A stretch of 64,000 nt of DNA from Podarcis cretensis (lineage: Eukaryota): the NCBI GenBank assembly GCA_951804945.1, contig OX638158.1, positions 7,068,001-7,132,000 on the forward strand. Reading direction: 5' to 3'. This document shows, in pieces, positions 24,613 through 33,884 of the stretch (its first letter is position 1; the number at the start of each line of letters is the position of its first letter). The notes below the pieces were generated by a model. That model ran no database searches. It was not told the DNA's origin and was given only the letters and a program-made list of their open reading frames with translations. Made by a program: the position numbers and the translations under genes.

Positions 24613-27508
24613 TTTTTTTTTTTTAATAATATTTATTAAATTTTTGTATAACCAATAAAAAACATACATATTAACATAATATTTTCCATTATCCACATTT
24701 CATTCTCAACTTTGGACTTCCTCACATCTCTTGTTCCTGCTTTCTAAACATAAATTTTACCAGCAAATTATTAACTTAGTTTAATTCGTATAATATAATT
24801 TTCCAATATTTAATGTCTCAAATTCTGGGATTTAACATACTCTTATTGAAGCTTAATCATAAAATATTACTTATCCAAAATTTAGCTTTTCATCTTCCAA
24901 TTAAATTTAAATTTATATTCTTTATAACTAGTTTGTTGGAGCCGTGTTTTTGCTAATCTTACATCTTTCTTAACATTCATGCAATTTACAATATTTTTGT
25001 AGATAGTCCTTAAATTTCTTCCAGTCCTCCTCCACCAGTTCTTCTCCCAGGTCTCGGATTCTGCCAGTCATCTCCGCCAGTTCCATATAGTCTATCAGTT
25101 GCATCTGCCATTCTTCCAGTGTGGGTAATTCTTGAGTTTTCCAGCTTTTAGCGATGAGTATCCTTGCTGCTGTTGTAGCGTACATAAAAAAGGTTCGATC
25201 CTTCTTTTGCACACTCTGACCAACAATGCCCAAGAGAAAGGCCTATGGTTTCTTAAGGAAGGTATACTCAAATACCTTTTTCAGTTCATTATAAATCATT
25301 TCCCAGAAAACCTTCACTCTAGGGCAAGTCCACCAGAGGTGAAAGAATGTTCCTTCAGCTTCTTTACACTTCCAATATTTATTATCAGACACATGGTATA
25401 TCTTTGCAAGCTTGACTGGAGTCATGTACCACCTGTATATCATTTTCATAATGTTCTCTTTCAAGGCATTACATGCCGTAAATCTCAAACCTGTGGTCCA
25501 TAACTTTTCCCAGTCAGCAAACATGATGTTATACCCTATATCCTGTGCCCATTTTATCATGGCTGATTTGACCGTTTCATCCTGTGTATTCCATTTTAAC
25601 AGCAAGTTATACATTCTTGAAAGTATCTTAGAGCTGGGTTCTAACAATTCTGTTTCTAACTTTGATTTTTCCACCTGGAATCCTATCTTTTTATCCAACT
25701 TAAAAACTTCTTTAATCTGAGCATAATGTAGCCAGTCTCGCACTTTATCTTTTATTTTCTCCATACTCTGCAACCTCCAGTTATCTCCATCTTTTTCTAT
25801 TATTTCCCAATATTTCGGCCATTTGGCCTCCATATTAAGTTTTTTCAGGGCCTTAGCCTCCATTGGTGATAACCACCTTGGGGTCTTGTTTTCCAATAAG
25901 TCTTTATATTTCAACCAGACATTAAATATTGCTTTTCTGACAACATGGTTCTTAAAATTCTTATGTATTTTAGCCTTGTCATACCACAGATATGCATGCC
26001 ACCCAAATGCATTGTTGAATCCTTCCAAATCTAAAACATCAGTGTTCTCAAGAAGTAGCCAGTCTTTCAACCAGCAGAAAGCTGCTGATTCATAATACAA
26101 CTTTAGGTCTGGCAAGGCAAATCCCCCTCTTTCTTTAGCATCAGTTAATATCTTAAACTTAATTCTGGGCTTTTTGCCCTGCCAGACAAATCTTGAAATA
26201 TCTCTCTGCCACCTCCCAAAACACTCCATTTTGTCCACAATCTGCAAAGTTTGAAACAAAAATAACATTTTTGGCAATACATTCATCTTAATAGCAGCAA
26301 TACGTCCTGTCAAGGAAAATTTCAGTCTTGACCAAACATCTAAGGTAAAGGTAAAGGTACCCCTGCCCGTACGGGCCAGTCTTGACAGACTCTGGGGTTG
26401 TGCGCCCATCTCACTCAAGAGGCCGGGGGCCAGCGCTGTCCGGAGACACTTCCGGGTCACGTGGCCAGCGTGACATCGCTGCTCTGGCGAGCCAGAGTCG
26501 CACACGGAAACGCCGTTTACCTTCCCGCTGGTAAGCGGTCCCTATTTATCTACTTGAACCCGGGGTGCTTTCGAACTGCTAGGTTGGCAGGCGCTGGGAC
26601 CGAGCAGCGGGAGCGCACCCCGCCGCGGGGATTCGAACCGCCGACCTTTCGATCGGCAAGCCCTAGGCGCTGAGGCTTTTACCCACAGCGCCACCCGCGT
26701 CCCGACCAAACATCTAGATCCCTTTTAATTTCAGACCAACATTTTTCATAATTATCTTTAAATAAATTCCTGTTCTTCGCTGTTATATTTACCCCTAGGT
26801 ATCTCACTTTTTTAACCACATTTAATTCTGTCTCTTTCTGAAACCTTTCTGATTCTGAAGAAGTCAAATTTTTTCTAAAACCTTGGTTTTTTGCTTATTA
26901 AGTTTAAATCCCACCACTCGACCAAACTCATAAATCAGTTGTAATACCCTTTTAGTACTAGGCTCTGGCTCCTGTAGGGTCAAAACTAGGTCATCTGCAA
27001 ATGCTTTCAGTTTATATTGTTTCGCTCCGACCTGGATACCTTCCACCAACCGGTCTCCTCTGATCATATTCAAGAGCACTTCTAGGACCGATATAAATAA
27101 CAAAGGGGATATAGGGCAACCTTGTCGTGTTCCTTTTTCAATTCTAAACTCTTCTGTCACCACATTGTTGACTATCAATTTTGCCTTTTGCTCTGAATAA
27201 ATTGCCTCTATCCCATTGTAAAACCCCCGCCCCACTCCCATTCCTTCCAAATTTTTCTTCATAAACTTCCAGGAGATATTATCAAAGGCCTTCTCCGCGT
27301 CTATAAATATCAAGACTGCTTTTGTATTAATGTTTGTTTGCAAGAGTTCCAAAATATCAATAATGTTCCTTGTGTTTGCAAACAAATGTCTACCTGGGAG
27401 AAAGCCTGCCTGGTCCTTATGAATTACTTCATTTAAGACTTTTTTAAATCTACTTGCTAAAATGTCTGCAAATATTTTGTAATCCACATTTAGGAGGGAG
27501 ATGGGGCG
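24613..27508 (-). mobile_element. 5'-truncated L1-clade LINE (ORF2 RT to C-terminus, 3'UTR, polyA)
   Basis: RPISLLNVDYKI, DAEKAFD, GTRQGCPISP, FADD, GGFALPDL and a C-terminal Cys/His motif. AATAAA + polyA at 24613-24640. 18-bp TSD AATATTCTTCCCTTTATC at 24595-24612 and 27509-27526. Frameshifts near 26870 and 25245. Confidence 0.95.
26343..26703 (-). mobile_element. Sauria SINE nested in the L1
   Basis: GGGACGCGGGTGGCGCTGTGGG head, B-box GGTTCGAATCC, (ACCTTT)n tail. 13-bp TSD GACCAAACATCTA at 26330-26342 and 26704-26716. Confidence 0.93.
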
Positions 27509-28374
27509 AATATTCTTCCCTTTATCCAACTAATTTTTAGTTACCAAATAGTTCCTGGTTCACCACAGGGGCATCTTTCTTTCTCACAGCCCAGAAGAAT
27601 TTGTCTCAAGTATTTCAGGTAACAACTCACAATACTATATTCTGTATAAGCCACATTGACCAACAACATCCTTTATAGTCCATTGCCAAATTGTTGTTTT
27701 CGTTGTTAATCTATACTCCGCCTTTTTCCCTGACAGGGGCTCAAGACAACTTACAGATAAAAATAAGAACCACTAAAAACATAGAAAAACTGATCATTAA
27801 AAAAACAACTAAACATTGGCCAAATTCAGCATTGTTCAGGTACTCTTAGGAAGCCTTAAGAACACTTCACTTCTACATCATGCAACTAATCCTGCATCAA
27901 CTCGGATTCAGGTTAGGGAGGGAATTTTAAGAAATACTAATCCTATAAACAGGGAACAAAGCAGCAGTTGGAAATGATACTTACACAATATTTCTGAATA
28001 AAAAGCCATTGATCCATCTATCCTCGTCCTCACACAGCCAGGCTCAGCTCTTACTTTCGTCAATTAAATGTGTGTTGAGGTTACGTTTACTATTCCTTAA
28101 ACCTTGGGATTCAACATGAAACATGGTATATACATAAAATATAAAAACAGAAAAACAACTGCTGCATGAAACAGAGGTTGACCGAGAAGCAGAGAGTTTC
28201 ACCTTGATAGGCCTCTGAAAATCAAAGCTATTCCATCTGAATTGGGAGGGCTTATATTAGGACATTTGAAATATATGAAGCTGTCTTGTACTGAGACCAC
28301 TAAGTCCACCTATTCCAGTGCTCAACTGGTAGCAATTCTCCGAAGTCTCCTGCAGGTTTTTCCTATAAACTGCT

Positions 28375-28784
28375 TGTGGTGGGATAATGAGCTGCTTGTG
28401 CGTTAAAGCTTGATCCCTCAGAGCTCACTCAGTGTAGTGAAGCCCTGCCTTGAGCGGAGCCCTTCGGGGTGGCTCCGTCAGTCGCTGGTAGAATCTGACA
28501 GTGGGCGTTTGCGGAAACGTTTCCAACATAAAAGCTGTTTCACGGACATGCGCCTCCTGGATTCCCTGCGTGACAGTTTCCGGCGAGGGGTGGGGGTCCT
28601 TAAAGGATGTCCTGATACCTCCTCACTGTTCTCACTGGAAGTATCCCAGAGCCTCCCCTCCGACTCCCTTTCCTTTGGAGCTCCCGCACTCCCCCTACTG
28701 GTTCCCTCTTCTGCTGAAGAAGTGTCTCTCCTATTCTCCTGGAGCCTTCTCACCACCTGTCCTTCCGATGGCAGTTCCCTGACA
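28375..28784 (-). repeat. 3' LTR of the Gypsy element
   Basis: Direct repeat of 33475-33884; preceded in element sense by purine tract GGGGGGGAGGTGGA. Confidence 0.96.
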
Positions 28785-31700
28785 TCCACCTCCCCCCCAG
28801 GGCCCCCTTCACCCCCTCCCGCCTCTTCTCTTACTGGCGGCGAGGACGGAAATCCCTGGAAGGAACTCCCCTCATCCTCCGAGGATTCAAACACTTCTAA
28901 CCACGGCCTTCCGTCTCTTTCCCCATCTTCCTCTCCTTCGTCGGAATCTGTTTCCACCTCCACCCCCGACTCTGGGAACCCTTCAAACTCCCCTTCCTCA
29001 TCTGTAGTACCGAAGTGTTCCCTCCTAAATCTTGCCACTGGTTGTGGTTTTCTTGGGAAACGCCGATGAAACGTTTCTATTAAAATCTCGTCTTTGACTT
29101 CCTCTGCCGGTACCCATGTGTTTTCTGACTCTTCCTCCCCCTCCCATTCTACCAAGTATTCCACCTGATTTCCCTTCCACCTGGAATCAATGATCCCTGC
29201 CACATCCATGTTGCGTTCTCTCTCTTCTATGACGGGTGTCCGGGTGACCTCCCTCTCATGTTCCCCCCACTCACGTCCCTCTCTGTACGGCGACAATAAT
29301 GACCTGTGAAATACTGGGTGCAATTTCATGTGACTGGGCAATCGGAGTTTGAATGCTACTGGGTTGACCTGCTGTATGACCTCAAAGGGTCCCAACCGTT
29401 TGGGTCTCAATTTCTTACACCCTCCCTTGAACGGCAGTCCTTGGGTGGATAGCCACACCCGGTTACCCACCCTTATGGTTTCGCCTTCCCTCCTATTTCT
29501 GTCTGCTTGCTTCTTATATTCTTCTTTGGCTTTCTCTAAGTTGAGTTGGAGCTGACGGTGGATCGCTTCCATCTCTTCAACAAAATTTTCCGCTGCAGGT
29601 ACACTCCACCTCCCCCCTCCTTCTCCTGGAAACGCCCGAGGATGACACCCATAATTGGCTAGAAAGGGACTCATCCCTGTGGACACGTTCTCCGCGTTGT
29701 TGTAGGCAAATTCTGCCAGAGGTAACCTGTCTACCCAATCAGTTTCTCTGTCCTTTACATAACACCTCAGATATTGTTGCAAAACCCCGTTTGCCCTTTC
29801 TGCTTGCCCATTTGTTTCTGGGTGCCTGGCGGTGGAAAAACTTACCTCCACATGCAACATGCTCATTAGTTTCCTCCAGAACCTGGAAGTAAATTGTTTT
29901 CCTCTGTCGCTCAAAACCCTCAAGGGGGCGCCATGCAACCTAAAAATGTGCTTCACAAACAACCTTGCGGTTTCTTCCGCTGTCACTGCATGTGAACAAG
30001 CTATAAAGTGGCACATCTTAGTTAGTAGATCTACCACCACCATGACCGCGGTTTTCCCTTTGGATCTCGGTAGATCGGTCATGAAGTCTATGGATACCAT
30101 CTCCCATGGCCTTTCTGGGGTGGGTAAGGGTTCTAATAACCCTGCTGGCGCCAACCTCTCTCCCTTTGCTCTTTGGCACCTGTCGCATCCCCTGACATAC
30201 TCCCGCACGTCTTCCCGTACCTTGGGCCACCAAAACTCCCTGGTAACCAACCACATGGTCTTGTGCTGCCCGAAGTGCCCCGCCGTGGGGCTGTCATGCA
30301 ACTGTTTGAGCACCCGCCCTCTTAGTTCCCCATCTGGTATGTAGAGTGCCCCTTTGTAATATAGTTTTCCGTTCTTTTCCTCAAAACCCCCTGCGTTCTC
30401 ACCTGTCTCCCTCAGTTCCCTAAGTTTTTCTTGGGCATATTCATCGTTCTCAATACCCTCTACCAGTTCTCTTTGCCCCACCAATGCCGCCCCACAAACC
30501 CAGTGGTCCTCCGAGATGATATGTCTTTCTTCCGCCCCTCCTTCCCCCTCCAAGTACTCAGGTTTTCTGGAGAGAGCGTCCGCCCTGACATTCTCAGCCC
30601 CTGGCACGTAGCGAATTTCAAAATTGAACTTGGAGAACTCTTGCGCCCATCTTACTTGTCTCTGGTTCAATACTCGGGCTGTCCTCCAGTATTCTAGATT
30701 TTTGTGGTCTGTCCGCACTTGAACCTTGTGTTGCGCCCCAATCAACAGGTGTCTCCATCTCTTGAACGCTTCGTGGACGGCGAGTAATTCTCTGTCGTAC
30801 ACTGTATAATTCCTCTCAGATTTGTTCAATTTCCTCGAGAAGAAGGCACACGGTCTCCATTCTGACGTATTCGGTCCTGGCTGCAGGAGCACGGCGCCCA
30901 CCGCTCTGTCAGACGCGTCGGTTTCCACCCTCATCGGCTGCTGCAGATCCACGTGTAAGAGTTGTTCTTCCGAAGCAAACGCCCTCTTTAAACTTTCGAA
31001 AGCTCGCTGCGCTTCTTCCGTCCAGACAAATTTCTTCTTACTGCTGAGACAATCCGTGATGGGGGCTGTTAAGTGGGCGAAGTTCTTGATGAACTTCCGA
31101 TAGAAGTTTCCGAACCCCAAAAACCTCTGCACATCTTTCTTAGTTTTCGGTGGCCTCCATTCCAGCACCGCTTGCACCTTGCTAGGATCCATGGCCAGCC
31201 CCTTGTCCGACAACCGGTATCCTAGGAATTCCACCTCCCTGGTGTGAAACTGACACTTCTCCAGTTTCACCCACAGCTGGTTTTCTTGCAGTTTCCTCAG
31301 TACCTCTTGTACATCTCGCACATGCTGCTCTTCATCCTCTGAGTACACCAGTACATCATCCAAGAACGCAGCGCAGTTCTTGTACAGCAATGGTCCTAGT
31401 ACGTGATTCATGAATGATTGAAATACTGCCGATCCCGCCTGGAGGCCGAAAGGCATAACGCAGTACTCAAATGCTCCCAAGGGGGTGAACATAGTGGTTT
31501 TCCACTCATCTCCCTTTCTCATACGTATCAGGTTATACGCCCCCCTCAGGTCCAGCTTGGTAAAAATCTTCCCTTTTCTCACCCGGGTCAGAATGTCATC
31601 GATTCTGGGCATAGGGAAAGTCACGGGTTCGGACACTGCGTTTAGGGCCCGGAAGTCCACAATTAATCTCGGTTTGTCCGAATTTTTTTTGTCCACAAAG

Positions 31701-32476
31701 AACACTGGGCTACCCCCCACCGCTCGTGACTCTCTGATGAACCCACGCTTGAGGTTTTTGTCAATAAACTCCCTTAGCTCCTGCATCTCCCTGTCAGACA
31801 TTGCATACACCTTGCCCACTGGCAATTGTGCTCCTGGGAGTAAGTTGATTTGGCAGTCAAAGGGTCTGTGCGGGGGTAGTTTATCTGCTTCCCTTTCGCT
31901 GAAGACGTCGGCAAAATCTGCATATTGTCGTGGTACCCTACCTTGATCCGTTGCTTCTATCTTTGCTAACGTGGCCTGAGTGCCTACTTGGCCCCCTTTT
32001 TCTGTGCAGTGTCCCATACAATGTGCTGACCCAAAGGAAACCACTCTCTGATGCCATCCCACAAGCGGATCATGCAGCGCTAGCCAGCTCATCCCCAAAA
32101 TGATGGGCGCTCCTCCCAAAGTGGCTATATTAAACGCTATCAGTTCCGTGTGTCTTGCCACCCTCATTGTCATGGGGACAGTCTGCTGGTTTACTTCTCC
32201 CCCCAACAGCGCCCTCCCATCAATCGTGGTCACCTGCAGGGGATTTTTTAAAGGGATGGTCTGTATCTGATGTGCGGCTGCAAACTCCTTACTCATAAAG
32301 TTGCAGGAGCTGCCTGAGTCTAATAGCGCCTTCACCTTTAGTGGGTGTCCGTTTGCCAGCTCCAGCAATACCTCTATTACAAGAGCTGGTCTTGGGGGTT
32401 CTGGCGTGGGCACATTTACTGTTCCTTGGCCTGGCTGCTGTGCCCCGTCGGTGGCAGCCAGGCGTTGGCTTTTACT
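28478..32476 (-). CDS. pol: Pol: protease-RT-RNase H-integrase-chromodomain plus acidic/LTR-encoded tail, reached by -1 frameshift
   Basis: ALLDSG protease, FLDD RT, VETDAS RNase H, HHCC + DDE integrase, GPF motif, chromodomain (~29046-29209). The frame is -1 relative to gag and open from a TAA at 32485-32483; the GTG at 32413 is only the ORF-finder start. Confidence 0.95.
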   Translation of the reverse strand, partial: SKSQRLAATDGAQQPGQGTVNVPTPEPPRPALVIEVLLELANGHPLKVKALLDSGSSCNFMSKEFAAAHQIQTIPLKNPLQVTTIDGRALLGGEVNQQTVPMTMRVARHTELIAFNIATLGGAPIILGMSWLALHDPLVGWHQRVVSFGSAHCMGHCTEKGGQVGTQATLAKIEATDQGRVPRQYADFADVFSEREADKLPPHRPFDCQINLLPGAQLPVGKVYAMSDREMQELREFIDKNLKRGFIRESRAVGGSPVFFVDKKNSDKPRLIVDFRALNAVSEPVTFPMPRIDDILTRVRKGKIFTKLDLRGAYNLIRMRKGDEWKTTMFTPLGAFEYCVMPFGLQAGSAVFQSFMNHVLGPLLYKNCAAFLDDVLVYSEDEEQHVRDVQEVLRKLQENQLWVKLEKCQFHTREVEFLGYRLSDKGLAMDPSKVQAVLEWRPPKTKKDVQRFLGFGNFYRKFIKNFAHLTAPITDCLSSKKKFVWTEEAQRAFESLKRAFASEEQLLHVDLQQPMRVETDASDRAVGAVLLQPGPNTSEWRPCAFFSRKLNKSERNYTVYDRELLAVHEAFKRWRHLLIGAQHKVQVRTDHKNLEYWRTARVLNQRQVRWAQEFSKFNFEIRYVPGAENVRADALSRKPEYLEGEGGAEERHIISEDHWVCGAALVGQRELVEGIENDEYAQEKLRELRETGENAGGFEEKNGKLYYKGALYIPDGELRGRVLKQLHDSPTAGHFGQHKTMWLVTREFWWPKVREDVREYVRGCDRCQRAKGERLAPAGLLEPLPTPERPWEMVSIDFMTDLPRSKGKTAVMVVVDLLTKMCHFIACSHAVTAEETARLFVKHIFRLHGAPLRVLSDRGKQFTSRFWRKLMSMLHVEVSFSTARHPETNGQAERANGVLQQYLRCYVKDRETDWVDRLPLAEFAYNNAENVSTGMSPFLANYGCHPRAFPGEGGGRWSVPAAENFVEEMEAIHRQLQLNLEKAKEEYKKQADRNRREGETIRVGNRVWLSTQGLPFKGGCKKLRPKRLGPFEVIQQVNPVAFKLRLPSHMKLHPVFHRSLLSPYREGREWGEHEREVTRTPVIEERERNMDVAGIIDSRWKGNQVEYLVEWEGEEESENTWVPAEEVKDEILIETFHRRFPRKPQPVARFRREHFGTTDEEGEFEGFPESGVEVETDSDEGEEDGERDGRPWLEVFESSEDEGSSFQGFPSSPPVREEAGGGEGGPGGEVDVRELPSEGQVVRRLQENRRDTSSAEEGTSRGSAGAPKERESEGRLWDTSSENSEEVSGHPLRTPTPRRKLSRRESRRRMSVKQLLCWKRFRKRPLSDSTSD
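32408..32476 (-). promoter_or_regulatory. -1 ribosomal frameshift signal with H-type pseudoknot
   Basis: Stem 1 GCCTGGCTGC/GCAGCCAGGC (32463-32454 / 32438-32429); stem 2 GGGCACA/TGTGCCC (32445-32439 / 32414-32408); 6-nt spacer after A_GTA_AAA. Confidence 0.8.
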
Positions 32477-33429
32477 TGCTCCTTAGCTCCTTCTCCCTCC
32501 TCCCCAACAGCTCCCGCCATTCCTTGCCATTCCTTTCTTTGCGGACAAACTCTGGCAAAATGACCTGGCTGTTGGCAGAGAAAACATTTCTTGGCGCCTT
32601 TTCCCTCCTTCTTCCGCCCTTCACTGGGGTTTGAAATTGCGCGCGCGCGCGCTGTTCCGATTTCCATCGGCTCTGCTGGCAGAGAAGGCTGCTCTGGAAT
32701 CTCTGGAATGCGGAAATCCCTCCAACGCTCCCCTTTCCCTTCCCGCTTCTCCAAGGCTCTGGCCTCCTGGCGTGATCCTATGGCCAGCGCTGATTTGGTC
32801 AGATGGTCCATAGACTCCGCCCTGGGCCCCCGGGAAAGTTCGTCTTTCACTGCCGAAGATAGTCCTTCTTCGAACAGCATTTGTATCGGTTCCGCTGACA
32901 AATCCCAACCTAATTTATGGATCAACATGGTGAACTCAGTCCAGTACTCACGGACAGATCGGTTCCCTTGTTTACACGCCATTAACTGCCTGCGCGCCAC
33001 TCCCTGCTCAATCTCGCTGGAAAACATCAGATCCATGGCGCGAAAAAACTTCCTTGTGTCCCTTAGGGCTTCATTATTGGCTGCCATTAGTGGCCTCACC
33101 CAATCTTTTGCCCCGCCTTCGAGATGCCCAATCACATAAGCAACCCTCGAATCCTCATCAGGAAAATCATCAAACTGCAGATTGAGGGCATATTGCATCT
33201 CTGTCCTGAAGGCTTGATAATTCCTGGGATCACCCCCAAACTTCTGCACCAGTCCAGGCACTTTCCTCGAGAGCTGGGCGGCTTTCCCCTTTTCTGCATC
33301 ATGAGCCCTCCTCTCCTCAAGCCTCGCCGTTTGCAGAGCTAACTGTACCTCCAACATCCTGTACCTTTCTTCCAGGCTAGGACCGGCTGCAGCTGCTCCC
33401 CCATCTCCGGCTCCGGCTGGGTTGCTCAT
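32416..33429 (-). CDS. gag: Gag (sushi/PEG10-like capsid + CCHC zinc knuckle), 337 aa
   Basis: Capsid motifs (KFGGD, QGNRSVREY, LFEEGLSSAVKDEL), EPMEIG motif and CFLCQQPGHFARVC knuckle. Confidence 0.95.
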   Translation of the reverse strand: MSNPAGAGDGGAAAAGPSLEERYRMLEVQLALQTARLEERRAHDAEKGKAAQLSRKVPGLVQKFGGDPRNYQAFRTEMQYALNLQFDDFPDEDSRVAYVIGHLEGGAKDWVRPLMAANNEALRDTRKFFRAMDLMFSSEIEQGVARRQLMACKQGNRSVREYWTEFTMLIHKLGWDLSAEPIQMLFEEGLSSAVKDELSRGPRAESMDHLTKSALAIGSRQEARALEKREGKGERWRDFRIPEIPEQPSLPAEPMEIGTARARAISNPSEGRKKEGKGAKKCFLCQQPGHFARVCPQRKEWQGMAGAVGEEGEGAKEQVKANAWLPPTGHSSQAKEQ

Positions 33430-33461
33430 GATGCCTCTCTTTGCACAAGCTGCTTTCAGGG

Positions 33462-33472
33462 ACTGTCAGATT
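33462..33472 (-). promoter_or_regulatory. Self-priming primer binding site (Tf1-type)
   Basis: AATCTGACAGT, 2 nt after the 5' LTR, is perfectly complementary to ACTGTCAGATT at 33602-33592 within the LTR. No TGG tRNA-type PBS. Confidence 0.85.
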
Positions 33473-33474
33473 GC

Positions 33475-33884
33475 TGTGGTGGGATAATGAGCTGCTTGTG
33501 CGTTAAAGCTTGATCCCTCAGAGCTCACTCAGTGTAGTGAAGCCCTGCCTTGAGCGGAGCCCTTCGGGGTGGCTCCGTCAGTCGCTGGTAGAATCTGACA
33601 GTGGGTGTTTGCGGAAACGTTTCCAACATAAAAGCTGTTTCACGGACATGCGCCTCCTGGATTCCCTGCGTGACAGTTTCCGGCGAGGGGTGGGGGTCCT
33701 TAAAGGATGTCCTGATACCTCCTCACTGTTCTCACTGGAAGTATCCCAGAGCCTCCCCTCCGACTCCCTTTCCTTTGGAGCTCCCGCACTCCCCCTACTG
33801 GTTCCCTCTTCTGCTGAAGAAGTGTCTCTCCTATTCTCCTGAAGCCTTCTCACCACCTGTCCTTCCGATGGCAGTTCCCTGACA
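33475..33884 (-). repeat. 5' LTR of the Gypsy element
   Basis: Direct repeat of 28375-28784; starts TGTCAG in element sense. Confidence 0.96.

Larger units (their letters stand above)
28375..33884 (-). mobile_element. Full-length Ty3/Gypsy chromoviral LTR retrotransposon (Tf1/sushi group)
   Basis: LTRs 28375-28784 and 33475-33884 (TG...CA, 410 bp, 2 mismatches). TSD CTGCT at 28370-28374 and 33885-33889. PPT at 28785-28801. Intact gag and pol. It interrupts an old SINE whose halves rejoin across the TSD. Confidence 0.97.

Noticed and set aside
25243-26505. 420-aa ORF as a novel chimeric gene
   Set aside because: The N-terminus is Sauria SINE sequence that happens to be in frame with the broken L1 ORF2.
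28410-29069. 219-aa plus-strand ORF (and 33510-33842)
   Set aside because: Ser/Pro/Leu-rich antisense shadow of the GA-rich pol tail and LTR, with a non-ATG start.
33540-33600. Hammerhead ribozyme in the LTR (CTGACGG + hairpin)
   Set aside because: No CUGANGA/GAAA core pair; only a simple hairpin.
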